A DNA stretch of 35,408 nt. It comes from Lenisia limosa. Taxonomy: Eukaryota; Protista; Breviatea. The stretch spans positions 1 to 35,408 of the forward strand of contig LPNZ01008298.1 of the NCBI GenBank assembly GCA_001655205.1. Direction: 5' to 3'. Of the stretch, positions 1 to 11,766 are shown one piece after another. The stretch's first letter is position 1. Every line of letters starts with the position of its first letter. The notes beneath the pieces were generated by a model that was not told the DNA's origin, did no database searches, and was given only the letters and a program-made list of their open reading frames with translations. Made by a program: the position numbers and the translations under genes.

Positions 1-42
1 CTAATAATTCCATGCTGTACTCAAAAGATCCTACTGCTGGCT

Positions 43-408
43 TTGGTGACGATGATAATGAATGTGGTAATTGAAAGAGGTCAAAATATTGTCCCAATCA
101 TTACAGAGGAGGAAGCATTTAGAGAAATTGTGAAGAAACGGATTCAAGAAGAGGCTGATAAAGCTAAAGAAGACAGAAGGAAGAAAAACCGACTGAATGA
201 TGCTGATGGAATTGAGGAAGGTGCTAAACGTGCTAATGCTATTGTAAACGATGTTGCTATTGGAAGAACTCGCGGTCGTGGGGGGAGAGGAAGAGGAAGA
301 GGTACTGCTGCTGTGATTGTTGATGAAAATTCTCCTGTAACTGCTCGCGGTCGAGGTCGTGGAGTTCGCGGAAAGAGAGGGGTGGGCACCCGTGCTCGTG
401 GTCGCTAG
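43..408 (+). CDS. C-terminal part of a K/R- and RG-rich protein, possibly the tail of a pogo-like transposase cut by the window start
   Basis: Open frame ITEEEAFREIVKKRIQEEADKAKEDRRKK...RGRGG ends in TAG. It resembles the charged C-terminal tails of the DDE_1 transposases elsewhere in the window. No catalytic motif is visible. Confidence 0.35.
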   Translation: MVTMIMNVVIERGQNIVPIITEEEAFREIVKKRIQEEADKAKEDRRKKNRLNDADGIEEGAKRANAIVNDVAIGRTRGRGGRGRGRGTAAVIVDENSPVTARGRGRGVRGKRGVGTRARGR

Positions 409-718
409 TCTTGTTTCAATACATTTTTTTTTGAAGATTATCTTTAGGTGCCTTTCCAATCAACAAGTAATGAAATGTCATTTTNNNNNNNNNNNNNNNN
501 NNNNNNNNNNNNNNNNNNNNNNNNNNNNNNNNNNNNNNNNNNNNNNNNNNNNNNNNNNNNNNNNNNNNNNNNNNNNNNNNNNNNNNNNNNNNNNNNNNNN
601 NNNNNNNNNNNNNNNNNNNNNNNNNNNNNNNNNNNNNNNNNNNNNNNNNNNNNNNNNNNNNNNNNNNNNNNNNNNTATTGGTGTTCACACTCAGATAGGG
701 CGCCTTATATATGCATAT

Positions 719-1186
719 GCCTGGACGGGTAAACCCGATAAAACCCGATAATTTTTTTTGTTCTTTTGGTTTGAAGATTATACCTGGAACATTTATTAAA
801 ACCGATGGCTGAGATTAAAGATCATCAAAAAACAAATACTTTCAGACACAATAATATATTTGAGTCCAATAATACTCAGAGAAATTCAATAAAATGTCAA
901 GTGGAAAAAAATATTTTTTGGGAAAATACAAATGCAATTAAGTTTAAATGTAGTTCCTTAGGGGAACTCTTGGTTTCGAAAGAGGCAGATAAAGAAGGTG
1001 ATGGAAGGGACAAAAAACAAAAAAAGTTTGGAGATCAATAAAAAAAAAATTGTGCCCCCCAAAAATATGAAATTTTTAATGTCCTTTTTTTTTCTTATCC
1101 AAGCTCTCTTGAGTACTCTGAAGAAGAAGTTTATACATAGTTAAGAACATTGTGCAAGATGGAAGCAGGTGACGAGCAGTCAATCG
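719..1186 (+). repeat. Element terminus (3' end of piggyBac-like element 1), near-identical to 34942-35408
   Basis: Starts GCCTGGACGGGTAAACCCGATAAAACCCGATAA. The two copies differ by a handful of substitutions and a 3-bp indel. Similarity stops just outside a shared ATAT. Confidence 0.95.
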
Positions 1187-2130
1187 CTGTCAAGCCCCTC
1201 TCTGAAAAACAGTTAGAAAAGTGCTCAAGAGGAAATAAGCCTGTTTTACCAGTAGACTACCACGCATTTGAATACCTTAACGCAAAAGAAGTGAATCGTT
1301 ACCTCAGAAGCGCAATAGTGAACTTTCACAACCAAACTCTCCTCTCTGATGCCCTCCCAAGGGATGCATTCCGTCGCATTGACACTGATAGTGAAGTTTC
1401 TATTGTGTTCTCGTCAATGCACCTCAAAAGAGCTCTTACCCGCTTCCTCCTGGATCAAAACGCAACCCTCTACTCTCCTCTTGCAGGTCGCCTTCTGCTG
1501 TTTATTGAAAGAGAACATGTAACCATTGTCCATGTTCAAGCTCCATACCATCATTCCTTCCTTAATCGGTTTGTTCTTCTGAACCGTTTTTGGTCCAAAA
1601 TTTCCGTAATACATTAACATTTGCTCGTCTAGTGCTAAGTATTCAGAAGAAAAAGTTGAGCGGCACTGTTCCTCAAATAATTTAATAAAGTTTGAAAATT
1701 TGCTGTGATGCTCATTAGTTTCCTCATTAGATCTGAAAGATGTAGAATTGCATGAACTGAGTCATATTCAGGACGTGGCATGATTGCTGCAACAATTGGG
1801 GATCCCGACAAAGAATTACTCGACCACATATTGTCAACTGAGCCAGTGTTTTTAATACCATAACCTTTTTCAATGCATACCTGTCTAACTTATCAATTGT
1901 AAGAGGTGTAGCATCTGAAAGAACTTTAGAGGGCCAATTACCAGTCACATAACTGGGCTTGGGAGTTGCAGGTCCATGACTTTATCTTTGTACAAATGTG
2001 AATTTTCCACAATCATTGATTTCATTTCATCCGTAAACATGAGATTGAAAAACTAAATTTTCATCCGTAAACATGAGATTGAAAAACTAAATTTAGGCAG
2101 AACCACTTTTATATCTGTATTACACATACT
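1130..2130 (-). pseudogene. piggyBac-family DDD transposase relic (frameshifted, internally deleted)
   Basis: Minus-strand motifs in canonical order: FFNLMFTDEMKSMIVENSHLY; PLTIDKLDRY..MGIK; NMWSS..PIVAAIMPR..ILHLSD; EYLALDEQMLMYYG (first catalytic Asp, ~1618-1638); KNKPIKEGMMVWSLNMDNGYMFSF. The second and third Asp regions are not found. Confidence 0.85.
2025..2092 (+). repeat. Perfect 34-bp tandem duplication
   Basis: TTTCATCCGTAAACATGAGATTGAAAAACTAAAT x2. It frameshifts the piggyBac N-terminal coding region. Confidence 0.95.
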
Positions 2131-2149
2131 ATGTTAATAGCATACAGTA

Positions 2150-3700
2150 GGACATGGTATCAAAATAGATCAATACAATGCTGCATGTGAAGATAATGTC
2201 ANNNNNNNNNNNNNNNNNNNNNNNNNNNNNNNNNNNNNNNNNNNNNNNNNNNNNNNNNNNNNNNNNNNNNNNNNNNNNNNNNNNNNNNNNNNNNNNNNNN
2301 NNNNNNNNNNNNNNNNNNNNNNNNNNNNNNNNNNNNNNNNNNNNNNNNNNNNNNNNNNNNNNNNNNNNNNNNAGAGATTGCGCTGTGTGGGACATTTACA
2401 CTCCATGATGAAGAGATTATTATTATCCAAGATAAACGCGTCAGGGGACATGCACATAACCTCGTCAGTGTCCCAACTGGCCAGAGCTGCCGTCACAAGA
2501 TCACATCTGATGACCTATTTAGGCTAATTCGGGATAAGATTCCCAAAAGAAAAAAAAAATGAGCGGAAGAATACTTAATAATAATAACACAACAAACATA
2601 ATAACACCAGTTCTACCTTTACTGAGGGGGAGAATGCCGTCTTGATAAACTTTTCAACACAAGTATATACAGCGTTTGCTTCGTTTTCAATGCCATGTTG
2701 CATGGGAGTTTTTGTCTTCTCGTTCCCGCTTTTGTTTTCACCACGTATCTCAGTTCGTTCTTTGTTGTAGTCAGCTGTGACACTATTAACAACATGACGC
2801 TGTCAAGCCCACCAATTGGCTTAATATGACAATATTGGATTAAGTACGTGTTGATACTCTTTTGAACGAGTCGGTGCTTAGCCACTTTAGTGGGTGATAC
2901 GGAAGAGATCAGAAAGCCAAGACGCACTAACTCGTCCAAATTTTCCACAAAACCAAGCATCAGTACCTTGTTGCACCGAAAAGAGATCAATGGGGGAGCT
3001 TTTGGACAGGTTACTAAAGGGAGCAGTGATCAAGCATTTCTTCAGTTCATAAGCAACAGGCCATTTAAGAGACATGACCTTGGTAACTTCGGTGAGAGGA
3101 TGATTGGTAATTGTGACAGGTGTAAAATTTTGAGCATTCAGTATAATTGGTCCATTATGTAAAGGTAGAAGGAAACTACTTATCCTTGCTCTTTCTAATT
3201 TCCTGCAGTTAAGATGGTGCTGAGAACATTCCCCTTCGAAAACAAGGAGTAAGTGGGTAGTGGTTTTCAATTGCATTTACCATTAATTATTGGATTGCTG
3301 TTTTAATCACCGGCACCTTTCTTCTTCTCTCTTCATAATGGGTTTAAATCCCCGAAAAATGAAGACAATTCAATATTATGTGTCCTGTACCTTGTGTTAA
3401 TTGTATTCTGGACGTTCTGTTTTGCAGTTTTGATGGATAGATTTTCTCTGAAGACGTTATTCCAGTATTTGAGAGGGTATGTGTTACAATTTTGCTTTTT
3501 TATTTAGTGACCGATGAGGTTTGTACTGTTCGTATTTTAAGACAAGCCTACACCCAATGCAGAGTCGTTTCGGCCTGTATGACTTTTTTTGCGTTCCCCC
3601 GTTTGTTTTCCGAGTAATCTACAGAATATTCTTTCTTCTTGTCCACTGTAACTTTCTGAAATCCAAACCCAACTTTTAATCATACTGATTAATTTAGACT
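2150..3700 (-). CDS. YqaJ-like viral recombinase / lambda-exonuclease (PD-(D/E)xK) domain gene, intron-containing; ends approximate
   Basis: Motifs QQGTDAWFCGKFGRVSAS (~2920-2975), TPMQHGIENEANAVY (~2665-2710), MSPDAFILD..FIMECKCP (~2388-2452) and HYLHMQH after the gap. Putative GT-AG introns at 2877-2900, 2800-2847 and 2515-2616 remove the in-frame stops between motifs. Confidence 0.75.
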
Positions 3701-4078
3701 TTCTCCGAACAAGACCTCATGCACATACAGCATATCCACAACATGAGAGTCCAAGCTTTGCGGTGGAATCTGCCCGGAAACAGTCAAGATTACAGGTACG
3801 TTGCATACACTATACTGTATATTACTAATATTAAGAAAAGACAACATTACTTAATTTCTGCATACCTCCTATCTTCAGCCGGTGTTTATGAATCAAGCTT
3901 TTTTTGTTGTTGTTTTTGTGTCTGTTGTTTTTGTCATTGTTTTGAGCAGTTATATACACCTATTGTAACAGTTTAGTCATCATCACTTGGCTTGCCATTC
4001 ACCCCACAAAAGCAACCACCCACGGTTTGTCGTCCACTAATAGCAATAATAAACGTACAGTATAGTATATATCATAGA

Positions 4079-4790
4079 GGTTGGTGTTTAAAACCGCGAA
4101 AATGATTAAAACCGCGAACATGATTAAAACCGCGAACAAGCCTTTTTTTTATATACCCCTTTTAATCAAGCTATTCATGACAAAGCCATAACAAGACGTA
4201 ACACTATGAGGTCTTTTCTCATTCACGCATTGAAAACATATAGTAGAAGTTGGAAGCTGGAAATAAGAAAGAATAAAGGAAATAGTAATGTACAACATAA
4301 GAACATAAGGAAACATAAAAGCTACTTCGCCTTCTTCTGTACGGGTGATTCTGAAAAATGAGAAAACGACACTCTCTCAAAGTAACATACTTTTGGCTGC
4401 CTTTTTTGGGGAGGTAGCTTTCTTTTTTGGGGATACCTTGTTTTGACGAACAGCTGGGAGGACATTATCAATTAATCAAGTGATTTTTTAGAATAGAAAA
4501 ATACATGAAACGCAAAGTCAAACCCCTTCTCACCTTGAGCCTCAGCCTTCTTCTTTTTCTTGATATCTTCAAGAAGACGCTCTTCCCAGAAGGCAGGGTC
4601 ATGGGGAATGGCCTGGCTCTCGGTACCGACCTCGAATGGAAGCTCCTCTTCAGTTGCAGGGGCAGCCTCGACAATAAAGATGTCCCAGGGAAATGTGGTT
4701 GGATTTTTGTGGAAGAAACTGACCTCAGCATCAGTGAGAGCTTGATGATAATTGGCAATAGCCATCCAAGCACCCTTCGCANNNNNNNNN
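4079..4790 (-). mobile_element. pogo/Tigger-like element family A, copy 1 (3' TIR plus C-terminal coding part)
   Basis: TIR GGTTGGTGTTTAAAACCGCG with three 18-bp units TTAAAACCGCGAACATGA. Homologous to 5164-5880. Confidence 0.8.
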
Positions 4791-5163
4791 NCGATGATTA
4801 GTAAAAGTCTGTCGTCAGTTCTCGTCACAAATTTACTTACAAATCAAATAAAATGCAGGAAAATCCATAAAATTGTTGTGGCTATCAGACTGTATACTTT
4901 TTATCAAGGGGTAAAATATCACTTTTCTATCAAAAAATTGTCGCTGTTCAAAAAAAAAAAAATCGGGCTTATAAAGGGGAAAAAAATCAATTCACGGATT
5001 TTTTGAAAAATTGCAAAAATGATTTTTGAGCAGTTCTGAACACTTTTCATTTTTTTGAAAAATATCACATTTCCAAAAAATATCACATTTCTGGACTCTA
5101 CAGATATGTAGGTATTATATACATATGTAGGTATATTTATCGATCATATACATGTATATATTA

Positions 5164-6565
5164 GGTGTTTAAAACCGCGAACATTATTAAAACCGCGAAC
5201 AAGTCTTTGTTTTTTTTATGTACCCCTTTTAATCAAGCTAATCATGACAAAGCTGTTTTCCCATTACAAGACGTAACACTATGAGGTCGTTTCTCATTCA
5301 CGCATTGAAAACATATATTAGAAGTTGGAAGCTGGAAATAAGAAAGAATAAAGGAAATAGTAATGTACAACATTAGAACATAAGGAAGCATAAAAGCTAC
5401 TTCGCCTTCTTCTTTACAGGTGATTCTGAAAAATGAGAAAACGACACTCTCTCAAAGTAACATACTTTTGGTTGCCTTTTTGGGGGAGGTAGCTTTCTTT
5501 TTTGGGGAAACCTTGTTTTGACGAGCAGCTGGGAGGACATTATCAATAAATCAAGTGATTTTTTAGAATAGAACAATACATGAAACGCAAAGTCAAACCC
5601 CTTCTCACCTTGAGCCTCAGCCTTCTTCTTTTTCTTGATATCTTCAAGAAGACGCTCTTCCCAGAAGGCAGGGTCATGGGGGGCAATGGCCTGGCGCTCG
5701 GTACCGACCTCGAATGGAAGCTCCTCTTCAGTTGCAGGGGCTTTTTGTGGAAGAAATCGACCTCAGCATCAGTGAGAGCAATTGGCAATAGCCATCCAAG
5801 CACCCTTCGCAGCCTCGGCATCACCTCCTTTAGCCACCTTGATAAGGTCGATAAGCTCCTGGGTATTCAGGATGCATGAANNNNNNNNNNNNNNNNNNNN
5901 NNNNNNNNNNNNNNNNNNNNNNNNNNNNNNNNNNNNNNNNNNNNNNNNNNNNNNNNNNNNNNNNNNNNNNNNNNNNNNNNNNNNNNNNNNNNNNNNNNNN
6001 NNNNNNNNNNNNNNNNNNNNNNNNNNNNNNNNNNNNNNNNNNNNGGTGAGGGAAACAGCTTGACCTGGATACCAGAGTTTTTGAAGGCATTGAGGGTGTT
6101 GGTGGGTTCAGCAGCCTGGTTGTAGGCCTTCAGGGTAGAAAGAAGAACATGACAACGAAGAAGAGCAGCAGAAGAGATACCTTCAACAACCTGGGGGGAC
6201 TTCTTGAGAAGGGATGTGAGAGTGGAGCGGAGGATAGCCTTGAAGATAGCGAAAGTAATGTGATCAAGGGCCTGAGTAACTTGAGAGGTATGGGAGGGGA
6301 GCAGGTAGAGGTCAATGTTATGTGCCTTGAGAAGGGCAAGGGCAACAACTGAGTATCGAGATNNNNNNNNNNNNNNNNNNNNNNNNNNNNNNNNNNNNNN
6401 NNNNNNNNNNNNNNNNNNNNNNNNNNNNNNNNNNNNNNGTTGTACGTTCCAATATACTCCAGAAAGGTGTCACATGTCTAGAAGAGAGTAAGATATCAAA
6501 AATATCGTTTACTAACCTGCCATCCATTAGGTGCGTAAATTGAAGCAGCGGCATATCTGGACACA
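5164..6565 (-). mobile_element. pogo-like family A, copy 2 (3' TIR to mid-DDE domain)
   Basis: Same TIR units. Encodes ..HNIDLYLLP..QALDHITFAIFKA and SCILNTQELIDLIK. Segment 6438-6565 matches 8636-8765. Confidence 0.85.
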
Positions 6566-6569
6566 ATAT

Positions 6570-7900
6570 TAACTCAAAGTGTTTCCTAAAAAGTCGCAAG
6601 ACGCGAACCCAAACAGTTCGATGCACATCTAGCTTTAAATTGACACCGTAAGAAGAGGCAAAGGAACGAAAAAAGACAGTTTTTGTGGGCCGCCTTTCGG
6701 CCATTTTAGTGCTCAGAGCCTGCTTGTGAGACCTTGCCTTTCTTGTGCTCATTTAGTTTCTACATATGATATATTCAAATGACAAATTCATTTTTCGAAT
6801 AATTCAAAAAACCGCAGCGGCTTGAAAAGTAAGACTGTTCTCTCACAGACATGTCTTCTTCTGCATCTTTTGTATTATACTATTAGTTATTCCGTCTTTA
6901 CCTGGCGAGGTGTTTTTGGCATTAGAAAAATAAGACTTTACTTTCGAGGGGCGAAGTAAGGCTTTCTAGAGGTTTTCGTTCCCGAAGTTGTCTCGATCAT
7001 TTTTTGACCCATATAGGTAAGATGGAAGGTGGTATCTTCTCTTGCTTTTTCTTTGATTCCAGAGCTGATCCAGTTTAGGAGGTTTCGTTCATGTGTAAAG
7101 GTTCTGATATTACTTCAACTTTCTATTCAGTGGTCTGAATGTGCCATTTGGTTTCAAGCACTAATGACACAGGCCGATCCGATTAAGAGAAAGGTGGGAT
7201 GGATATGATCTGAAATGTTACCATCGTCATAGTTTACGACCCGCCTTAGACTTATTCAAGCAAGGCTCAGACTTGGTGAAAACTCAGCCCTAATGTGAAA
7301 GTGTGAAATAGCCTGAAAATACAGTCAAAAATGGGAACTTAGTGACAAGAGCCTTATATAACCTGCATTGTAACTCCAACCATGATGAAGCACAAGTCCA
7401 AATAAATACCCGGCAACTGATATCAAGTAAAGTAAATGACTGTAGCGCGCAATTACCTCAAGATCAAATGAAATTGCCGTTCGAAACTACAACCAGACTG
7501 CTTTAGGAGTAGTAAGTACGTGAAACAAACGATGTGGACGGGGAATTACTCAATGTCCATATTACTACACCCCCACTATTCCATTGCTTCCCCCCCGTTA
7601 TTCCGGTTCTCCCTTCAGTGCTTCCTCCCGCTATTCCAATCAATGCTTCCCCTCGCTATTCAAAAGTGTCCTCTACATATACATATAGTATTTGCGAGAG
7701 TGTTACTGATTGATTATATTGTTAGATGGTGTGTCATAAGTTGATCCATGAACCACCAGACATATTTAGTTTGAAGGTTCTTTGTTATTCTCAGTGATTA
7801 TTCCTAGATGTGCGCACCACTGGTTCTACCAAAAGATATCATATTAATTGACCCATAATTTATTAAATACCACCTGACAAGACCATGAATGGAGCCTTAG
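6570..7900 (-). pseudogene. Degenerate non-LTR retrotransposon (APE-type LINE) ORF2 fragment
   Basis: Minus strand VKSYFSNAKNTSPGKDGITNSIIQKM (~6870-6930) matches the KSPGPDG motif preceding LINE RT. Followed by HKKGK and NCLGSRLATF-like segments; upstream ICRGHF* may be a decayed GDFN. Many stops. Confidence 0.6.
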
Positions 7901-8065
7901 CTTTTTTTGTTTCACGATGCAATGACTAAAATAAATTACTTTTTTTCTTTTTTTCAGAAGCACATTGTTAATATACATATTATAACACAAATATCATACA
8001 ATGTACATTTTTCTTACTTATGTACTTTCTACATATTAAAAATATATATGATATCATATCATATA

Positions 8066-10150
8066 GGTTGGTGGTTAAAACCGCGAACATGATTAAAACC
8101 GCGAACAAGCCAAAANNNNNNNNNNAGAAAAGCTTCTGGGTATTCAGGATGCATGAATAAAGGGCAGTGCGGTGGGGAGGAAGGAGAAGAGCAGAAAATA
8201 CTGAAGCAGAGTCTGGGAAATGGGAGGCAAGAGTGGATGGGGTGATGGTGACGGATNNNNNNNNNNNNNNNNNNNNNNNNNNNNNNNNNNNNNNNNNNNN
8301 NNNNNNNNNNNNNNNNNNNNNNNNNNNNNNNNNNNNNNNNNNNNNNNNNNNNNNNNNNNNNNNNNNNNNNNNNNNNNNNNNNNNNNNNNNNNNNNNNNNN
8401 NNNNNNNNNNNNNNNNNNNNNNTGGAGGATAGCCTTGAAGATAGCGAAAGTAATGCAATCAAGGGCCTGAGTAACTTGAGAGGTATGGGAGGGGAGTAGG
8501 TAGAGGTCAATGTTATGTGCCTTGAGAAGGGCAAGGGCAACAACTGAGTATCGAGATGAGTGTCCATCAGTAATCAGCAGGGCACGAGCAGTTGAAGGAA
8601 GTCCAAGAGCCTTGCGGTGAGCCTCCACAGCTGGAATATAGTACGTTCCAATGTACTCCAGAAAGGTGTCACATGTCTAGAAGAGAGTAAGATATCAAAA
8701 ATATCGTTAACTAACCTGCCATCCATTAGGTGCGTGAATTGAAGCAGCGGCATATCTGGACAGAATCTCAGATTCTTCTCTAATTGTCTTCTGATTGAGA
8801 AGAAGAACGGGAGTGATGGGACTAAGGCTTGAACTACAAAGTGAGATTGTGAAAACTTAAAAAAATAGTTGTGTGTCTTTTTTCACAATGAACTCATACC
8901 TGATGGCACCAACAATTAAAAAAAAAAAGGGTAATGTGCTGAATTTGTGTCCTTCTTTGGCATATGCACGCTTAGCCTCCTCAAGAGTAACAACCTTTCT
9001 CTGCTTCATTCCTGAGATTTGAACCATAGTCTCATCCATGTTGGTGATCAAAGATGGGTGGCATTGCTTGATGGCATGTGAAAGTGCAGAGAGGTGTTGG
9101 GTGACTGTTGATAAAGCCCAATGCCCATGTTCTTGAAAATGACACCTTTTGAGATTGATGGCGGTAAACCTCTTGAGCAGCCTAACATTTATTAGTCTTT
9201 TTTTGTTTGGTGATGAATATAATTTTGTTTCCCCCAGATATAATAGTCGTTAATTTTTGAATACTATAAATCACAGCAACAGTATCCCCCGAACAAGCGC
9301 AACAAACCATATTTTGAACATCTCTGATCGTAGGTGGAGTTCTGTCTAAGATAGCATCAAAGATGCTTGAGAGGAGGTTTGGTTCAAGGTCTGAATTGAA
9401 CTTGAGGGGTCTTCCACCATTTTCAGACTGAGGGGATCCTCCATTCTTGTACTTTTGTACAAAAGTGGGTTTAATCTAGAAATAGATGAATCTTGAGCGA
9501 CATTCTATTGTATCACATGGTATTATTTGGAAATATTATCAATATATGCTCAAATAAGAAAGACTTTTCATCAAACCTTTAGGAAGTCGGCAGCTGATCG
9601 AACGGTGATGGTTTGGTTCATCGAATCAGAAATATTAAACACAGATGTAACCTTTTCACAATCGGTCAGGGAGGACCATTGAGGAAAGTGACGCAGTTCG
9701 GTAGTCAGCCAATTCATCTAAATTAATAAGAAGAGCAGACTTAAATAATCTAGTTTACATCAATAGGCGGTAGGGGAAAGGAATAATGAGTTACTATGTA
9801 GCATCTACTTCACTGAAATCTGAAAAGCACAAAGAGAAAGGAAACAACGAAAAACAGTATTTCATCCCATGATAACACCAGTTCAGTTAATACAATTACG
9901 TATTTTATTAAAATAATAAGGATAAGAAGAGGAAAAGGTGCATTCAGAGAGGCAGGAGATGAGGGAGCAAATAACGGTTTTTAGTGATCACCCTCATAAA
10001 TGAAAACTTGTTCACCTTTCGTTACTTTCGCTTCGCTTTTGACTGTAATTATACTAAATACAACAAATGATTCCTTAAACTATTCAAAAGGGGGAAAGGA
10101 AGGGAAAATGGACAAATTAACTTTTAATGATTTGTGCCCAAAAAAATGAT
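8066..10150 (-). mobile_element. pogo-like family A, copy 3, near-complete intron-containing transposase (CENP-B/Tc5 HTH + DDE_1), ATG ~9717
   Basis: GGRPLKFNSDLEPNLL..FSRTWALGFIN (HTH), ITNMDET, NGWQ/TCDTFLEY, LLITDGHSSR, LLPSHTSQVTQALDC. TA-flanked TIR at 8066; no 5' TIR seen. Confidence 0.9.
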
Positions 10151-10186
10151 TTTTTTTTTTTTTTTTTTTTTTTTNNNNNNNNNNAA

Positions 10187-11300
10187 CGGATGGTGAGGGA
10201 AGCAGATGACCTGGATACCAGAGTTTTTGAAGGCAGGGTGTTGGTGGGTTCAGCAGCCTGGTTGTAGGCCTTCAGGGTGGAAAGAAGAACATGACAACGA
10301 AGAAGAGCAGTAGAAGAGATACCTTCAACAACCTGGGGGGACTTCTTGAGGAAATGTGAGAGTGGAGCGGAGGATAGCCTTGAAGATAGCGAAAGTTATG
10401 CGATCCAGGGCTTCCCCCAGATACAATAGTCGTTAATTTTTGAATACTATAAATCACAGCAACAGCATCTCCCTAACAAGCGCAACAAACCATATTTTGG
10501 ACATCTTTGATCGTAGGTGGAGTTCTGTCTAAGATAGCATCAAAGATTCTTGAGAGGAGGTTTGGTTCAAGATCTGAATTGAACTTGAGGGGTCTTCCAC
10601 CCTTTTCAGACTGAGGGGATCCTCCATTCTTGTACTTTTGTACAAAAGTGGGTTTCATCTAGAAATAGATGAATCTTGAGCGACATTCGACTGTAAGATG
10701 GTATTGTTTGGAAATATTATCAATATGTGCTCAAATAAGAAAGTCTTTTCATCAACCCTTAAGGAAGTCGGCAGCTGATCAAACGGTGATGGTTTGGTTC
10801 ATCGAATCAGCAATATTAAACACAGCTGTAACCTTTTCACAATCGGTCAGAGAGGACCATTGAGGAAAGTGACGCAGTTCGGTTGTCAGCCAATTTATCT
10901 AAATTAATAAGAAGAGCAGACTTAAATAATCTAGTTTACATTCAATAGGCGGTAGGGGGAAGGAATATTGAGTTACTATGAAGCATCTACTTCACTGAAA
11001 TATGAAAAGCACAAAGAGAAAGGAAACAACGTAAAACAGTCTTTCATCCCATAATAACCAGTTCAGGTAATACAATTACGTATTTTATTAAAATAATAAA
11101 GATAAGAAGAAGAAAAGGTGCATTCAGAGAGGCAGGAGATGAGGGAAATAACGGTTTTTAGTGATCACCCTCACATTTCGTTACTTTCGCTTCGCTTTTG
11201 ACTGTACAACAAATGATTCCTTCTACTATTCAAAAGGGGGAAAGGAAGGGGAAATGGACAAATTAATTTTTAATGATTTGTGCCCAAAAAATATGATTTA
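10187..11300 (-). mobile_element. pogo-like family A, copy 4, internally deleted
   Basis: 10187-10405 matches 6045-6270; 10410-11300 matches 9230-10150. The junction near 10410 removes about 750 bp containing the first two catalytic Asp motifs. Confidence 0.85.
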
Positions 11301-11415
11301 TTGTATTTTTTTAATCAACTGCATTTAACTACCCTTCTGCACCATGTTAAACATGTTAGTTCTAAATGTTCATAAAGTTAGGTGAGGATAACCTTAGGCG
11401 AATTNNNNNNNNNNT

Positions 11416-11548
11416 TCCGATACTTTTTCAATGAACAATTGTCTTGAAAGAGCATCATATAAAAATGTATATCATAAACTATTATATAATATACTGTGTC
11501 ATAATGAACAAATGTCTTGAAAGAGCATCATAATTTTGGACCTTCAGC
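11416..11548 (+). repeat. Direct repeat of 13020-13140 with internal AATGAACAATTGTCTTGAAAGAGCATCATA units
   Basis: Sequence match seen by eye. This copy ends in GGACCTTCAGCA|TA, resembling the MITE TIR at 15787-15798. Confidence 0.85.
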
Positions 11549-11766
11549 ATATATTATAATTATCTACAAAATACTCAGATCTTACTGTTGATCTCCAGCA
11601 AAATGATACACAATCGGTAGTGTCATGTTATTAATGTCGTAGCCGTGGCCATACAACGCCAACACTCCATGTAAACACCTTGGATGTTAAACAGGAACAT
11701 AAAAGTGACCCAGTATCAATTACTGATGGATCAAAGGTGTCTGTGATTGAAATAGGCCTCCACCCC

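Noticed and set aside
485-675. ORF-track entries containing long X runs (also near 2200, 5900, 8260, 14800, 24860-25530, 28730)
   Set aside because: Artefacts of N gaps, not real open frames.
805-1041. 78-aa ORF repeated at 35028-35261
   Set aside because: Lies in the transposon subterminal region and is conserved only because the DNA is duplicated. No protein features.
1620-1950. Mutator (MULE) transposase or ISL2EU transposase partner for YqaJ
   Set aside because: Frame-corrected translation gives clear piggyBac motifs (LALDEQM, NKPIKEG..W..GY).
2790-2900. TAA=Gln ciliate-type code to explain YqaJ stops
   Set aside because: PACRG ends with TAA at its conserved C-terminus, and the stops are removable as introns.
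4087-4140. TTAAAACCGCGAACATGA repeats as a CRISPR array
   Set aside because: The units are contiguous with no spacers, occur at element ends in both orientations, and the context is eukaryotic. They are transposon TIR sub-repeats.
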